Made by a program: the position numbers and the translations under genes | Notes under the pieces: model-generated | Told to the model about the DNA's origin: nothing | The model's input: the letters and a program-made list of their open reading frames with translations, nothing else | The model's database searches: none | In this document: positions 62,201-64,000 of the stretch, piece after piece | How positions within the stretch are numbered: position 1 is the stretch's first letter | Layout of the letters: the number at the start of each line of letters is the position of its first letter | NCBI GenBank assembly: GCA_965243135.1 | Contig: OZ251539.1 | Coordinates: forward strand, 160,001 to 224,000 | DNA: 64,000 nucleotides | Direction: 5' to 3' | Origin: Alphaproteobacteria bacterium | Lineage (GTDB): Bacteria; Pseudomonadota; Alphaproteobacteria; MPNO01; UBA830

Positions 62201-64000
62201 CGGGCGGTCGCGGCGTGTCGGCCCCGTCGAACGCGACGCTGGCAATCCGCGACGACGAGGCCGATCTGGACGTGGGGCCGGTGACCGGCCGGGCGACGGA
62301 GGGCGGCGGTTCGGCGACCTTCACGCTGGCGTTGCTGACGGAACCCGGCGCGGCGGTGACGGTGACGGTCAGGAGCCGCGACGAGGGCGAAGGGCGGGCG
62401 TCGCCCGCGTCGCTGACGTTCACGACGACGAATTGGAACCGGGCGCGAACGGTGACGGTGACGGGAGTGGACGACGCCATCGACGACGGCGACGCTACCT
62501 ACGTCGTGCGGCTTTCCTCGTCCAGCGGCGACGCCAGCTACCACGGACTCGTCGACGAGGTATCCGTGACGACGATCGACGACGACGCGGCGCCCACGGT
62601 GGCGCTGGCGGCGGCGCCGGCGACGATCGCGGAAAACGGCGGCGTGGCCACGGTGACGGCAACGCTCTCGCACCCGTCCGCTGCGGCGACGACGGTGACG
62701 GTGGCGGCGGTTTCGGGCCTGTACACGTTGGACGGCGACGCGGCGATCGTCATCGCGGCCGGCGCCACGGCGAACGCTTCGGACAGGGTGACGGTCGCCG
62801 CGGTGGACGACGCCATCGACAACGCCGCCGACCGGGCCGGGACGGTGACGGGCGCGGCGGCGAACGACCGGGGCGTCGGCGCGGTGGTCGGAGCGGCGCT
62901 GACTCTGGCGGACGACGACACGAAGGGGTTCGCGTTCGCGCCGGAAAACGTGGTGACGGAGGCGGGAGATCCGGCGGGAGCCGGCTACACGGTGACGCTG
63001 GAGAGCGAGCCGACCGGTCCGGTGACGGTGGCGCTTGCGAGCGGCAACCCGGACGTGAGGGTCGCCCCCGACAGCCTGGCGTTCACGGCGACGAACTGGA
63101 ATCTGGCGCAGACGGTGACGGCGTCGGCGGAGCCGGACGCGGACGACTACGCCGACACGGCGGCGTTGGCGCACACGGCGCGGGGCGGCGGATACGGCGG
63201 GGTGGCGGGGACGGTCTCGGTCGGGGTGGAGGAGGATCTCCGCATCCTGGCGGCGGCGGAAAGGACGGAGGCGGTCTACAGCATCGGCGGCCGAATGGTG
63301 AGGATGACGTTCACGCCGCTTTCGGGCGAGGCGGTGCCGTCGCTCGAAGAGTCGGCGTTCGCCCTCGGTCGGGACGCGGCCTCGCGGGTGGCGGTGGACA
63401 TCGATCCGGAAGCGGTTCCGTCGTCGGGGCTGCACATTTGCTTGCCGGTGAGCGATGCGCTTCTGGACGCGGCGGCGGGTCGCATGCCTCGGTTGCTGCA
63501 TCACGAGGACGGCGCCTGGGCGGAGGTTGCGGGGTCGGAATACGAGGCGGAGAAGAAGCGGGTGTGCGCGCCCGACGTGACGGCGTTCTCGCCGTTTTCG
63601 GTGGGGTACGAGGACTCGCGCCCGGTTTTCGCGGCGAAGGTCGCGGATCAGCGCTGGACGGTGGACGACGAGGTGTCGCTGACCCTGCCTCCGGTCAAGG
63701 AGGGGGCGGGGGATCCGCCGTTGACCTACGCCCTGACCGGACCGGGTTCGGCGGCGACGCTGCGCCCGCCCGCGGGGCTGCGCTTCGATCCGGCGACGCG
63801 CACGCTGTCGGGGACGCCGACGGAGCGGTTCGATCCCGGGATCTATAGCTGGACGGCGAGGGACGTTGACGGTCAGACGGCGGCGTTGAGCTTCACCATC
63901 GAGGTGTTGGCGAACCTTGAGCCGGCGCGGGCGCGGCTGAAGGCGCTCAACGAATCGGTCTTGCCGGCGCTCGCTCGGGCGCAGTGGTCGAGCGCGCTGG
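23239..64000 (+). CDS. Giant repetitive secreted/surface protein (>13,500 aa; Calx-beta/Ig-like, He_PIG-like and FN3 modules), probable autotransporter adhesin; 3'-truncated by the window
   Basis: Frame 1 is open from 23140, reads as coherent protein wherever sampled up to 64000, and has no closed ORF in the track. GTG 23239 follows GAGG and gives the signal peptide MKATAGSSRLAAALAGIALASGFAVALVAGGPEAGA/H. Calx-beta motifs (GTATxGxDY...GTLTFAAGETSKT...DExDETV), ~105-aa modules ending TLTIxDDD, an FN3 domain at about 37310-37590 and LPxGLxF He_PIG-like units are present. Confidence 0.9.
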   Translation, partial: MKATAGSSRLAAALAGIALASGFAVALVAGGPEAGAHVGNSHPLLPHTNSFSIYFRGHQLDNPYIVSRPESGDTYWPGETVTVLVPWGWANTRSISINSVDTVQLTISVGSTTRTLTGKWEDRERRYGLGNTSFRRLYFDYVVRKGDRDSDGISLAENALHSPGRAESGIRGTAGGSFRQFELEKLLHGFGAQSGHKVDTPAPTFSGVSGPTVTLYTGGSVNYRLPKIANADEAHNVGYSVTPALPTGLALNASTATIAGSRSSASSRGNYTLRATDGFGRTADLAFTLAVSNDVGIESISIASNPGTDKTYGKNGDFGTNDRIDVTVDFTHRLGTVLTDRLYLDIRVGANARRASNPTWRNENGRWDKLYFSYAVQEGDWDGDGISFPQNPMGGGKTGGLRFHTAGRGGGDNRVNRDFGAVPDDPGHKVRGRQTAPTFGSTASPSWIWVADNAVSQQLPTATQGDGGVTYGVKESLPDGLAFAAATRTISGTPTAAQAAANYTLVATDGDGDKAELRFSIEIQELLLSISSPSATEGAAGETATLEYDVTLNRAPGRQVTVDYAAATNPGTASSGADYAAFSGDTLTFAAAETSKTVTVTVTGDALDEPAETVRVALSNPSGATLGSAAVGTGTIADDDPTPTLALALSDPDPGRPDTIAESGAGNATAVTASLAGGISGEAITVTVAAVAVYAALAADGGFALSAGRTLTIAAGATASAGAVTVTAVDDAIDSTDKSATVSGTLAGGHGLVAAPSSLTLTIADDDSRPTSALALGPASISETGGVATVTATLSNPSAAAVTLTVAAAPGTGAAVGDYALSAANALTIAAGATASSGQVTVTAVGNPTDSADKGVTISATAAGSPGAADPPNATLTIRDDDGTPTVSLVLSSSSVPENGGTATVTAALNGTSSEAVTVTVAATAASSSGAVDGDFTLTGTTLTIAANATASVGAVTIAANDNAVDSADKSVTVSGTASGGNGIADPASLTLTLADDEATPTVRLALSPASVAEAGGAASVTATLSGESSEAVTVTVSAAPGAGTDFTLTGTELTIAAGSTASAGAVTVTASPDTADSADKRVTISGRAAGGNGAANPADATLTIVDDDALPTLSLALSAATIDESGAGNVATVTATLSHPSGESVEVAVSLVPTPPAAAGDFSWSANRTLTIAAGATASAGVVEITAVDDGADAPDKTATVSGAATGGRGVADPGSLALTVADDDDAPEVTLSASPASISENGGKATVTATLSLTSSAATTITVTAASGAYTVGSDAAIVIAAGQTANAADTVEVTAVDNDVYEGGGGRATTVTAGMANDQGTSAVTGAALTLTDDEAQPTLTLVLSPASVSETGGVSTVTARLSGASSAPATVTVTATAGTNAVSDDFAQTGTKLTIAAGATTSSGAVTVTGRGDDTDSPDKSVTVAGVVASGNGLTGLADTTLTLEDDDATPTVTLRLSRASLAEDGADSAAVTATLSHPSSEAATVTVSANPVAPAVAGDFDLSATRTLTIAAGQTASVGAVTIAADDNDVDAPDGRVRVSGVTTGGRGAADPAAATLTIVDDEATPTATLALSSTSISEGGGVATVTATLSGKSGAAVTVTVAAEPGTGAAAADYALSANDALTIAAGATASAGAVTITAVNNDVAAADKTVTVTGAAAGGHGVANPASATLTIADNESGTPTGDDRRWRAGTGYDVATASLLGKTAPQTIDVTPSATAVASQRQVWACAYRTVRRSDGNFAPAPTESAVCRLAAGAGWSRTIRLTQAMIDNDGVVVIVTHTVRGGTDGRQTYFDYAEWIPIAALPKATLSLSPAAIWENAGVSTVTATLDKAAVSAATLTVSVTPAPPALAGDAALSAPAALTFAAGATASAGTVTITGADNAVDAPDKRVTVRAAASGDARAPPAATLTLRDDDDPPTPALAASPASISESGGVSTVTAVLSHPSSAATTVTVSAAAGAHAAAADFAQTGATLTIPAGRTESAGAVTIAAVGNAADSPDKRVAISGAARNSQGVSAVTEATLAITDDDTTPTAALAVTPASIAETGGVATVTATLSHRSSEPVTIAVSASPGSGTDFALSAARALTIAAGATASSGVVTVTARDDDADSPDKRVAISGAASGGLGVADPAGATLAIRDDDGAPRASLVLSSSSISENGGTATLTVALSSAAAADVRVLISITPSANVAGYRAVGVRGAVGTGLNVAAGQTASTEAVVFTGLDNDVDAPNRELRIGGRVPFGSGVTVHSAKDAFLVLVDDEPTPAVTLALSASSISETGGEATVTATLSGESSEAATVTVSAVPGAGAAARDFTLSAARTLTIAAGDTTSAGLVTVTAVGNAAVTPDKRVRIRGAVAGGNGAAKPNPATLILEDDDARPTASLVLSASSISESGGEATVTAALSYPAPGAVTVTVSAVPGAGAAARDFTLSAARTLTVAAGNTTSAGLVTVTAADNNDDAADKKVTVSGAAAGGGVADPADAALTLLDDDGPPTLALVLSPASIPEAGGVSTVTAALSGAASAAVTVTVSAVPGAGAAAADFTLSAARTLTVAAGSTASAGAVTVTANDNAADSPGGTVTVSGAASGGGVADPADAALALLDDDDPPGVTLSASPASISEAGGAATVSATLSHPSSAVTTVTVASLSGAYAVDPSTAQIVIQAGRTENPADTAALTAVDDAIDEPDRQVTVSGAMANAQGAGGVTGAVLEIADDEEAPTVTLALAPASVAENGGVSTVSATLSHPSSEAVTVTVTPAAGAYAQGADAVIVIAAGSTATTDKATVEAVDNSDYEGAAGRRATVTGAASSGLGANPVTGAALTLTDDDDPPAVTLSVNPASVSEAGGVATVSATLAHASVEAVTVTVTSAAGAYAAGSDAEIVIAAGQTVGGDDTATVRAVDNDAHEGVAGRSVTVTGTVSSGGGAVTGAALMLTDDDALPTLSLALEPASISESGGASSVTAALSHPSGEAVTVTVAAAPGTGAAAADFDLSAATTLTIAAGSTTSAGAVTVTANGNDVDSPDKAVTVSGAAAGGNGVAAPSNATLTLADDEVLPTVTLALAPASISESGGVASVTAALSAASSEAVTVTVAAAAGTYAAARDFTLSAARTLTIAAGSTASAGAVTVTANGNGLDSPNKQVTVSGAATGGNGAAAPSNVTLTLADDDRTPTVTLFSPTDAGWEGHSGAARRPGGFTYVQAGQLNFVLQMDGASELPITFALGASGAATAGLDYTSLVGRTLTVPPGRTSLSFHVTVLDDDIDESLYESVNLRLANPVNANVRDWTANTQIRDDDDAAGLTVVESQGSTRTGEAGTTDSFTVALSSEPTAAATVEASVPSGSSGEGELSVDGGGTWGGSGTLSFNATNWNVAQEVRVRGVDDDADDGDGSYAVTLNPDSASDANYRGLGNVAVSVTNADDDAAGLTVVESEGSTRTSETETTDSFTVALSSAPTAAVTVAVESGDASEGLVSVAGGSTAATATLTFDGTTWSTAQTVTVHGQNDAPANAVDGDVGYSITLDPDSAAATDTPPGDANYRALASSEVRAANLDDDGARVSLHLSSARIDEDGGQAGAATVTASLSATAAAATTVTVAADPVAPAVAGDFALSAAKTLTIAAGALASTGVVTVAAVDNDVDAPDKAVTVSATAATGANAPAVLPLTLTIADDDAAPEVTLAVAPTSISEAGGAATVTATLSRASSAATTVTVTPKPGAWTAGSDATIAIAAGATAAASDMATVTAVDNLRDEDDRRETVAATAANDHSFPAGAGRATGAALTLTDNDNQPDLALTDAAQVSEGDAGDAMPGTLTFAVRLGVASGKTVTVDYADAGTGTATSGTDYTALASGTLTFAPGDRSKAIAVTATGDAGNEPDETVTLTLSNPTNATLSGATGTGVIADDDTRPTLAIGAASASEGTGGRAALSFPVTLSIASGQTVTVNYAEGTGGTATAGADYAALAAGALTFAPGETARTIDVAVADDALDEADETVLVTLSDAVNAALGTATGTGTIADDDDPPTLSISSPSVTEGDAGQATLSFAVTLDAASGRQATVAWADAGTGTATSGTDYAALAGGTLTFAPGQTRKTIAAAAIGDTLNEADETLRLTLSSPSGATLGSASAGVGTIMDDDPTPSLAIDSPEVGEGGTLTFAVTLSAASGKRVTVAYAEGTGGTATAGADYTALASGTLTFAAGETVKTIGVAAWSDTRSEADETVVVVLSGPTNATLGTAAGTGTIADDLQPSFAVSQVMRTLGINRTFPTFSLPAATGGNGTLTYAMATLPAGLTYTAPGARDAHGGRITGQPTQARGATVYRLTATDRDGDMATLNVSIAVSVNPGVEELRITDTVGAELGNFRTGEYILFTFYFDAAIATSGAGVGLKLKIGDNDREAEAATFYDTNPDELTFRYQVQASDWDGDGISIPRRPFRFFYDSSQGVTGYIRADGGPYHNTPAIDDLDARARISFANGRPRINDRAPSFGSATAAAKSFVKGSRVWADDPALPAASFPAPGAGETATDVNSSLTYGLAPALPAGLAFDAAARRITGTPTAAAPAADYALTATDVDGDRATLTFSLTVEEDARPAFAADAPAGFAWTEDAAVSELLPAASGGNPPLAYALTGPGSAATLSLPAGLEFDLDGTGTCGAARTVCGTPTAASGAAAWTLTATDRDGDAGSLAFSMTIAPRAPDRVTGVTTTPAVDALRVNWTAAAKADGYKVQWRSGSESYDPATRQAAVTGGAATAYTITGLAAGADAMVRVISTRTGAPDGPASSEATGRPTDVSLALSRTTIEEDAGAAADARSAAVTARLAAPLSEATTVTVSARAGTNAAADDFTQTGTTLTIAAGATASAGTVTIAAVDDEVDSIVDTSVAGKRVAVSGVSSGNGNPADLTLTVTEDDAAGLALAPALPADANDPWFTVAEGGSATFTLALASEPIANATVKVSSGDDGEGLLSSGGAAPAAATTLTFTPADWMTAQTVTLTGATDGAVDGAVDYRLTLDPDGGAADAYSVLATARAKARTTDVDAAGLAVSKSAVTVAENETETFTLALASKPAADVTVTIASGNPAELRVGKIRGGFADAQTLTFAPGNWSAAQTVGALALDDLVDEDDEQVAFTLDAASAGDADYDSLANVTVTVTMTDDDPSPSVAIGQARASEGGAALSFPVTLAFVPGMVTASERETTVDYADAGAGTAASGVDYTALADGTLTFAAGETSKTIDVAVTDDALDEASETVVVELTGAAGLTISSTAATATGTIDDDDPAPAVSIAGASASEGDAALSFAVTLGAASGRQTTVGYAEGTGGTATAGTDYAALAAGTLTFAAGATAGTIEVAVTQDAADEPDETVVVELTGAAGLTLSSTAATATGIIADDDDPPALSISSPGAAEDVGTLSFTVTPDVASGKQVTVGYADAGTGTATSGADYTAIAAGTLTLAPGAASGSIEVAVTDDALNEADETIVVSLSGAVDASVAPGAANGAATIADNDAITAQLAVSPASISEDGGTATVTATITPSSTDAVTITVSPDADFTLAGTTLTIAAGATASAGAVTATANDNAADAPDNSVTVTGQAAGGNGAVTVAGAALTVTDDDGAPRAVLTATPSKIAEAGGVATVTAGLSHPSSAATTVTVIVNLGKDTHNDDYTLTGTKLTIAAGATASTGAVTLTAAENADAEDKIVVLTGTAANDQGVTIIGNSQDADAPTVTMLDNDGAPVAALMLSSATIAEAGGRATVTASLSRTVSSAVTVYVTVANSVSPTDKDGFKVSANSSLIFAAGATASTGVVWVAADADDVDAADLVLSVAGAADASSGVENPLPATLTIVDDDATPEATLAVAPGSVSEAGGVATVTATLSHPSGAATTVTVTPVAGGYAVGDATIVIAAGATSNKDDEATVTAADDDVHQGSAGRSVTVTASVANAVGADGEVTGAPLTLSDDDAAPEATLALTPATVSEAGGQATVTAALSRPAAAATTLTVAAAAGTNAQARDFALSAATTLTIAAGRTASAGRVTVTAVDDDLDGPAKQVTVTATATGPAGMPAAATLSLADDDAAPTARLALTPATVSEAGGAATVTAALSHPSAAATTVTVQAAAGTNAAPEDFALSSPATLTIAAGATASAGRVTVTANDNDVHGAAKEVTVSGSMTNDHSFPTGTERPAAATLTVADDEEAPTVTLAVQPAAIAEAGGTATVTATLSGASPAATTITLTPLAGAYGVGSDAVIVIAAGATANASDTATVTAVDNDAHEGSAGRAVTVTASVANRVAAGNVAGARLTLADDESLPTLALALAPAAVAENGGEATVTAGLSHPSGEAVTVTVAATPGAGAVSGDFTLTGETLTIAAGATASAGAVTITANDNGRDEPDGKASVAVTVSGTASGGNGVANPADAVLAIVDDDGAPQVALALSSESVTEGGGAATVTASLSPAASAAVTVRVTVAAVPPAAAVDLSLSASTSLTFAAGATASAGVVTIAAADDALDEADEAATVSGTASGGGALDPPALTLAVLDDDDPPTVAIASASVAEGAAGATATLSLPVTLDAASGKQVTVEYAEDTGGTATAGTDYAALASGILTFAAGETSRTLDVTVTGDAVDEPNETVEVVLSAPVNAALGAAAATGTIADDEAKPTATLALSSASITENGGVSTVTAALSGPSSEAAVLTVSAAPVPASGAAAADFDLSAARTLTIAAGSTASAGAVTVAAVDNPADAPDKRVRVSARIAGGLGVAAPSNAILTLADDEALPTLTLALSPSSVSENGGVSTVTAALSHPSEEAVTVTVAATPVAPAGTRDFTQSGTTLTIAAGSTASVGAVTLAARDNAADAADAEVSVAATAAGGNGVADPPPATLTLKDDDRPAATLVLTPPSIPEGGFSTVTARLSGAARAAMTITVATAPGANTVSRDFTTSDERTLTIAAGTASSAGVVTIVGRADSRDSPDKTVTVTGTGASAGSAVDVTGAALTVTDDDPTPTAALVFTRSGQRSPITSISENGGVATVSARLSGGSSGEAITVTVSAAAGTNAAAGDFALSSAKTLTIAAGATASAGAVTLSAANDETDSPDKTVTVSGAISGGWGLVADPASADLGILDDDPTPSAGLVLSPFSISENGEVSTVTAKLSRPSTEAATLTVSASPGANAVAGDFALSAAKTLTVAAGATASAGAVTVRAVDNDVHAPAVKRVTLSAAVAGGRGATLSSSSDLQIREDDAMPTVILLLSPPSILESAGVSSVTAALSRPSSEAVTVTVAAAPASGTETVAGDFALSAAKTLTVAAGDTASVGDVTVTAVDNAADTVSRQVTVSGTASGGNGVLANPADAELTIVDDDGGSVVALSLSRSSISETGGVATVTAVLSPVMNDPVTVTVTAAPGTGADAGDFALGAATTLTFASATGTSAGTVTISAANDAADEPDQAVTVSGTAASRGDVSDPRPVTLTVVDDDNPPVMSISSPSVAEGAAGSASALSFEVTLDAASGRQVAANWRERTDLGGTATAGADYVAPAGGRLTFAAGETSKTVTVTVTGDDVHEPDETVKVGVTPLSPLHLTLGTAAVGTGTIVDDETLPTAALKLAPASISENGGVSTVTATLSGKSSAAVTLTVAAAPGTGATGGDFALSAARTLTIAAGSTASAGAVTVAAADDDADSPDKSVTVSATAAGGNGVAAPADATLTLTDDEAAPTVTLALSRTSVEEDPNAAASERRAAVTATLSGKSSAAVTVTVSAAADVNAAADDFSLSSPATLTIAAGSTASAGAVTVAAVDDVVDSVVDTSVAGKRVAVSGTASGGGIADPAGVLHLLIVEDDDAGLTVDPAFPAGRPWLVVDEGDGAVFTVRLDSEPTEDVTVAVASTDAAQGAVSPEALTFTAANWNAAQTVTLTGVEDQAVDGDGDYRVTLDPDAAGDGTDAYDGVAAIGAPVKTTDDDAAGLVASASAVTVTEGGADAAFTVKLASKPEADVTVTATSADGGDARVAAGAALSFAGMQILTFTADDWSAAQTVTVRAVDDAVDEADREPVAIALDPASAGDSLYDGLADEIVTATVIDDDAAPTAALALSAASISESGGVATVTATLSGPSSAAVTLTVSASAVSSSDAEDADFALSAARTLTIAAGSTASAGVVTVAAVDNDAHAPDEDRKVAVSATVAGGRGAVAAPADETLTLTDDETLPEAALALSMNPISENGGIATVTATLSGKSGEAVTITVAAVAGINADADDFALSAARTLTIAAGSTASAGTVTIVAIDDATAGPGKQVTVSGTAAGGNGVAAPDDVILALTDDDGVPQVVLALSPAAIDESGAGNVATVTATLSETARSAVTVTVSAAAVAASGAEDADFDLSPAPTLIIAAGSTASAGTVTIAAADNDVDAPDKRVKVSGTAASDRTVEQPVDVTLTIADDDPTPTATLALGPSSISESGGVSTVTAALSGASAADTTITVSAAAVAASGAANDDFMLSPATTLTIAAGSTESVGAVTVTAKGNAVDAPDKQVKVLGAASNSHGVAAPSEETLTVVDDDDPPTATLALSRTVLEEDSNAAADRRSATVTATLNHPSHAAVTVTVSAAAGANADADDFALSANRTLAVAAGRTVSTGTVTITAVDDAVDSTVADNAARKRVIVSGASSGAADPAVGVAHPADAALAIVEDDDAGLVLDPALPANASDPWITAAEGGTAAFAVKLATEPTGNVTVKAASGDAGEGTLSSGAGTPAASTTLTFTASNWNAAQTVTLTGVTDDTVDGDVDYDLTLDPDGESTDAYRNAATVAAKARTTNADAAGLALSRTAVTVAEGGDGEAFTVALAKRPLADVTVTVKTARSEDAGQVEVAAGGGFAASRTLTFTNGDWSAARTVTVKAVDDAVDEPDGDVALALVTESAGAAPYEALAPVTVTARVNDDDATPTATLALTPSAISEDGGVSTVTATLSGAASDPVTVTVSAAPGAGTDFTLSAANALTIAAGSTTSAGDVTIAATNKDATATANRSVTVSGTAAGENGVANPPDATLTIFDDDGDPKVSLVLSSSSISESGGAATVTAVLNRAVPGAAVTVTVSAAAGTGAADGDFSLSNPATLTIAAGATASAGAVTVTAVDNDVDSPNKQVEVSGQAASSATVSGPDAAALALVDDDPTPAATLALSPSSISESGGAATVTATLSGASSEAVTLTVAAAPGAGAAGADFALSAAKTLTIAAGSTASAGAVTVTANGNDVDSPDKSVTVSATAAGGNGVADPRGAALTLADDDPTPTVTLALSDSSISENGGVSTVTATLSGASSAATTVTVSAAPAGAVTLSPNRALVIAAGATASTGLVTATAVDNRAVEPAREVTVSGASAGGNGAADPADATLTVTDDDAPRVTLALSPPSISEGGVATVTATLDKTSTAAVTVTVSASAGADTDGADFALSAANTLTVAAGSTASAGAVTVTAVQDALDEADGAVTVTGRVDSSVREISDPAAATLAIADDDAAPALSISSPTAAEGSSGGETRTALSFEVTLSAASGREVKVNFADVVSGAGAGTAAASYDYTALSSGALTLTIAEGATAATAGTLTFAAGETSKTLDAAVVADKINEPDETVKLTLSGAVNATLATATGTGTITDDDDPPTLGFENTALRETEGDDMNVPPASAQASVCAVLNEPTGYGRVGAKLSTSDGTAAAGADYKAIVSQDTGFPQTQGGLAGDTATSRQCSSVEWVKDELDEHDETFVVTLHNLTGRATLAPNRAAATLTIVDDDDAPTLSLALSDPISGQPNTIKELAAAPSAERMATVTASLSAVSGAAVTVTVQAAPGTNAAADDFTLSANTKLTIAAGATASTGVVTITAVDDRIDSIVDSTVAGKKVTLSASVAGTASQMAAATDSQGNPTAVAELLIWEDDRAALVTDPAFPRCRRSPCPVWIDVDEGASETFTVKLNSRPTTNVTVAVKSSDADEGLVSSGAGAAAASTRLTFTAANWATAQTVTLHGVADNVVDGDGDYTIRLFPDTPDEATDAYHVIGGASVRPQTVRTTNVDAAGLTVSKSAVTVTEGGAGEAFTVKLASKPAGAVTVTAASAAADEARLSVGVGPTEGSKDLVFTPGNWNQPRQLTVKAVDDTTDEADGEEVVITLDPKSADDADYGAAGLANGTVTATVNDNDDAPTVTLAASPSSISESGGEATVTATLSGASAEPTTVTVTGVSGFYAAGSDATIVIAAGQTANAADTATVDAVDDDVHQGSAGRSTTVTATVGNGVGAGAVTGAALILTDDEAAPGATLSLSDASIPENGGTSAVSATLSRASAAATTVTVTAVAGAYTVGSDATIVIAAGDTTAASDTAAIAAVDNATDEADRKATVTGTLANGLGAGAVTGAELTLEDDDAAPTPIMSISPSSSPISENGGTATVSLTLSHPSSAATTLTVAASAGVYTVASGAGGAIVIAAGETANASDTVVITAVDNDVDADTRTVSLRATLVNDQGLSLTSLSAGIEFADDDTAGVSVAPATSTSSRLQTTEAGGQATFAVTLDTEPTGDVVLGVASSDTTEGTASPSSLTFTATTWNAAQTVTLTGQDDAPANPTDGSQDYSVTLTVNQTSTADANYDALSAVTVYAANRDDDLGLDVGAVAGQATEAGGTATFTVALLSQPSAAVTISVQSRDTGEGLVSTGGGAPASSTTLTFATGAWNVDQTVTVTGQDDAVHDGAATWTVRLDPASGDPGYNGLADEDVSVSTTDDEDPPTVKLALSPSSISENGGEATVTATLSGASAEPTTVTVTGVSGFYAAGSDAAIVIAAGQTANAADTATVAAVDDDVHQGAAGRGTTVTATVGNGVGVGAVTGAALTLTDDEAAPGATLSLSDASISENGGTSAVSATLSRASAAATTVTVTAAAGAYAVGADATIVIAAGDTTAASDTAAIIAVDNATDEADRTATVTGTLANDLGVGAVTGVELTLEDDDAAPTATLSVAAPSISEDGGTTAVSATLNRPSSAATTVTVTAAAGAYTVDSGAGATIVIAAGQTANVSDTATITAVDNDVDAADNAVTVAGAATNDQAAADTETVSVTGASLTITDDDAAGVAVSPATSTSSRLRTTEAGDRATFTVTLESEPTGNVVLDVASSDTAQGTAFPSSLVFTALNWSTAQTVTLTGVDDSPGAADGSQTYEVTLTMNQTSTADANYDALSALTVYAVNADDEFGLNVGTVSGQATEAGGQATFPVKLLTQPTEAVTVSVSSLDPGEGMASPSSLTFGTTNWDTAQTVTVIGANDDVDDGDASWQVRLDPASGDVDYNGLANVDVLVSTTDDDGAPAVTLALSPSSIDESGTANTAAVRATLSRASGAATTVTVTAVPGFYAVGSDATIVIAAGDTAAASDTAAITAVDNDVDEPDRTPTVTATVANDRAAADAATMAVTGATLTIRDDDAAPNVTLSLSPASIAENGGTSAVRATLSRASSAATTVTVTAVPGFYAVGPDATIVIAAGDTTATSDTVTITAVNNDIDEPNRTATVTATVGNGQGAGSVTGATLTLTDDETLPTATLELNPASISENGGVSTVTARLTGKSSAAVTITVAAAAGTGASSADFAQSGATLTVAAGATASAGRVTVTANDNDAASGSKQVTVSATAVGGNGVADPADATLTVTDDDAPQPTLHLSSSSIGENGGATTVTATLDRVSTVAVTVTISASPGSGTDFTLSSAKTLTFAATSTVSAGVVTITASDNDTDAPDKTVTVSGTSSDSLGLANDPSSVTLAIADDDAAPGVTLSLSDASIAENGGTSAVSAALSHPSSAATTVTVTAVSGAFTVPSGAAGYIVIAAGDTTAASDTVTVTAVNNDVDEPNRMATVTATAANDQGAGGVTGATLTLEDDEAAPTVTLSVNPGSISENGGTATVRATLSHPSSQPTTVTVTAQANAYTVESGAGGTIVIAAGQTVNASDTATVTAVDNDVDAADNAATVTGTAANGHGVTATATGASLTITDDDAAGIEMDPATTTTSRVRTSEDGSAATVDVTLASEPTGDVRINVASSDTGEGAASPSSLTFTSTNWNMAQTVTLTGVDDNPDAADGSQNYQATLTVDTANTADAYYDALSAVTIYAVNADDELGLDVGAVMGQATEAGGAATFTVKLVTDPALATAPSQSVTVSVSSRDTGEGTVSPPSLTFTAGSSGTWNVNQTVTVTGADDAVDDGTVTWDVRLDASSTAGSDYHNVPDVDVAVTTTDDDGPPTVTLSLSPSSIDESGTANTAAVRATLSRASGAATTVTVTAVPGFYAVGSDATIVIAAGDTAAASDTAAVAAVDNDIDEPNRTATVTATVANDRAAADSTTMAVTGATLAIRDDDAAPNVTLSLNPASIAENGGTSAVSATLSRASSAATTVTVTAVPGFYTAGSDATVVIAAGDTTAASDTAAIAAVDNDIDEPNRTATVTATAGNSQGAGSVTGATLTLTDDETLPTATLVLNPASISEAGGVATVTATLDGKSSAAVTLTVAAAAGTGAVSGDFSQSGATLTIAAGSTASAGRVTVRANDNSAATGSKQVTVSGTAAGGNGVANPTAATLTLTDDDTPQVTLALSSSSVSENGGVATVTATLDRTSAVAVTVTVAASPGSGTDFTLSSAKTLTFAANATASAGVVTITASDNDTDAPDKTVTVSGTSSDSLGLANDPPSAMLTITDDDAAPGVTLSLSDASIAENGGTSAVSATLSHPSSAATTITVTAVSGFYTAGSDATIVFAAGDTTNATDTATIAAVDNATDEPNRMVTVTGAMTNDQGAGNVAGVTLTLEDDDATPVTTLRLSSSSISENGGTTRVTATLDRPSSRPTTVTVAAAAGTGATSSDFAQSGATLIVAAGSRASAGVVTITAVDNDADAPDKQVTVSGTSANDHGKTNPSNVTLTISDDEATPTARLILTPSTILENGGVSTVTAALSHPSSEATTLTVMAAAGENAQTGDFTLSSPTTLTVAAGSMASAGVVTITAVDDSDVSGRMSVTVSATATGGRGVSAPSNATLAIRDDEADLDVGPVTGRATEGGGSATFTLALLTEPGAAVTVTVRSRDEGEGRASPASLTFTTTNWNRARTVTVTGVDDAIDDGDATYVVRLSSSSGDASYHGLVDEVSVTTIDDDAAPTVALAAAPATIAENGGVATVTATLSHPSAAATTVTVAAVSGLYTLDGDAAIVIAAGATANASDRVTVAAVDDAIDNAADRAGTVTGAAANDRGVGAVVGAALTLADDDTKGFAFAPENVVTEAGDPAGAGYTVTLESEPTGPVTVALASGNPDVRVAPDSLAFTATNWNLAQTVTASAEPDADDYADTAALAHTARGGGYGGVAGTVSVGVEEDLRILAAAERTEAVYSIGGRMVRMTFTPLSGEAVPSLEESAFALGRDAASRVAVDIDPEAVPSSGLHICLPVSDALLDAAAGRMPRLLHHEDGAWAEVAGSEYEAEKKRVCAPDVTAFSPFSVGYEDSRPVFAAKVADQRWTVDDEVSLTLPPVKEGAGDPPLTYALTGPGSAATLRPPAGLRFDPATRTLSGTPTERFDPGIYSWTARDVDGQTAALSFTIEVLANLEPARARLKALNESVLPALARAQWSSAL
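53700..61560 (+). repeat. Higher-order near-identical DNA duplications inside the giant gene
   Basis: Blocks recur at offset 1731 bp (53712 vs 55443) and 2757 bp (57151 vs 59908; 58265 vs 61022). Confidence 0.8.

Noticed and set aside
23496-63848. Long plus-strand ORFs 23496-26828, 28647-30002, 35862-40190, 40623-47363, 49275-56315, 62433-63848 and the many short minus-strand ORFs
   Set aside because: Off-frame shadows (Gly/Arg/Asp-rich) of the frame-1 giant gene.
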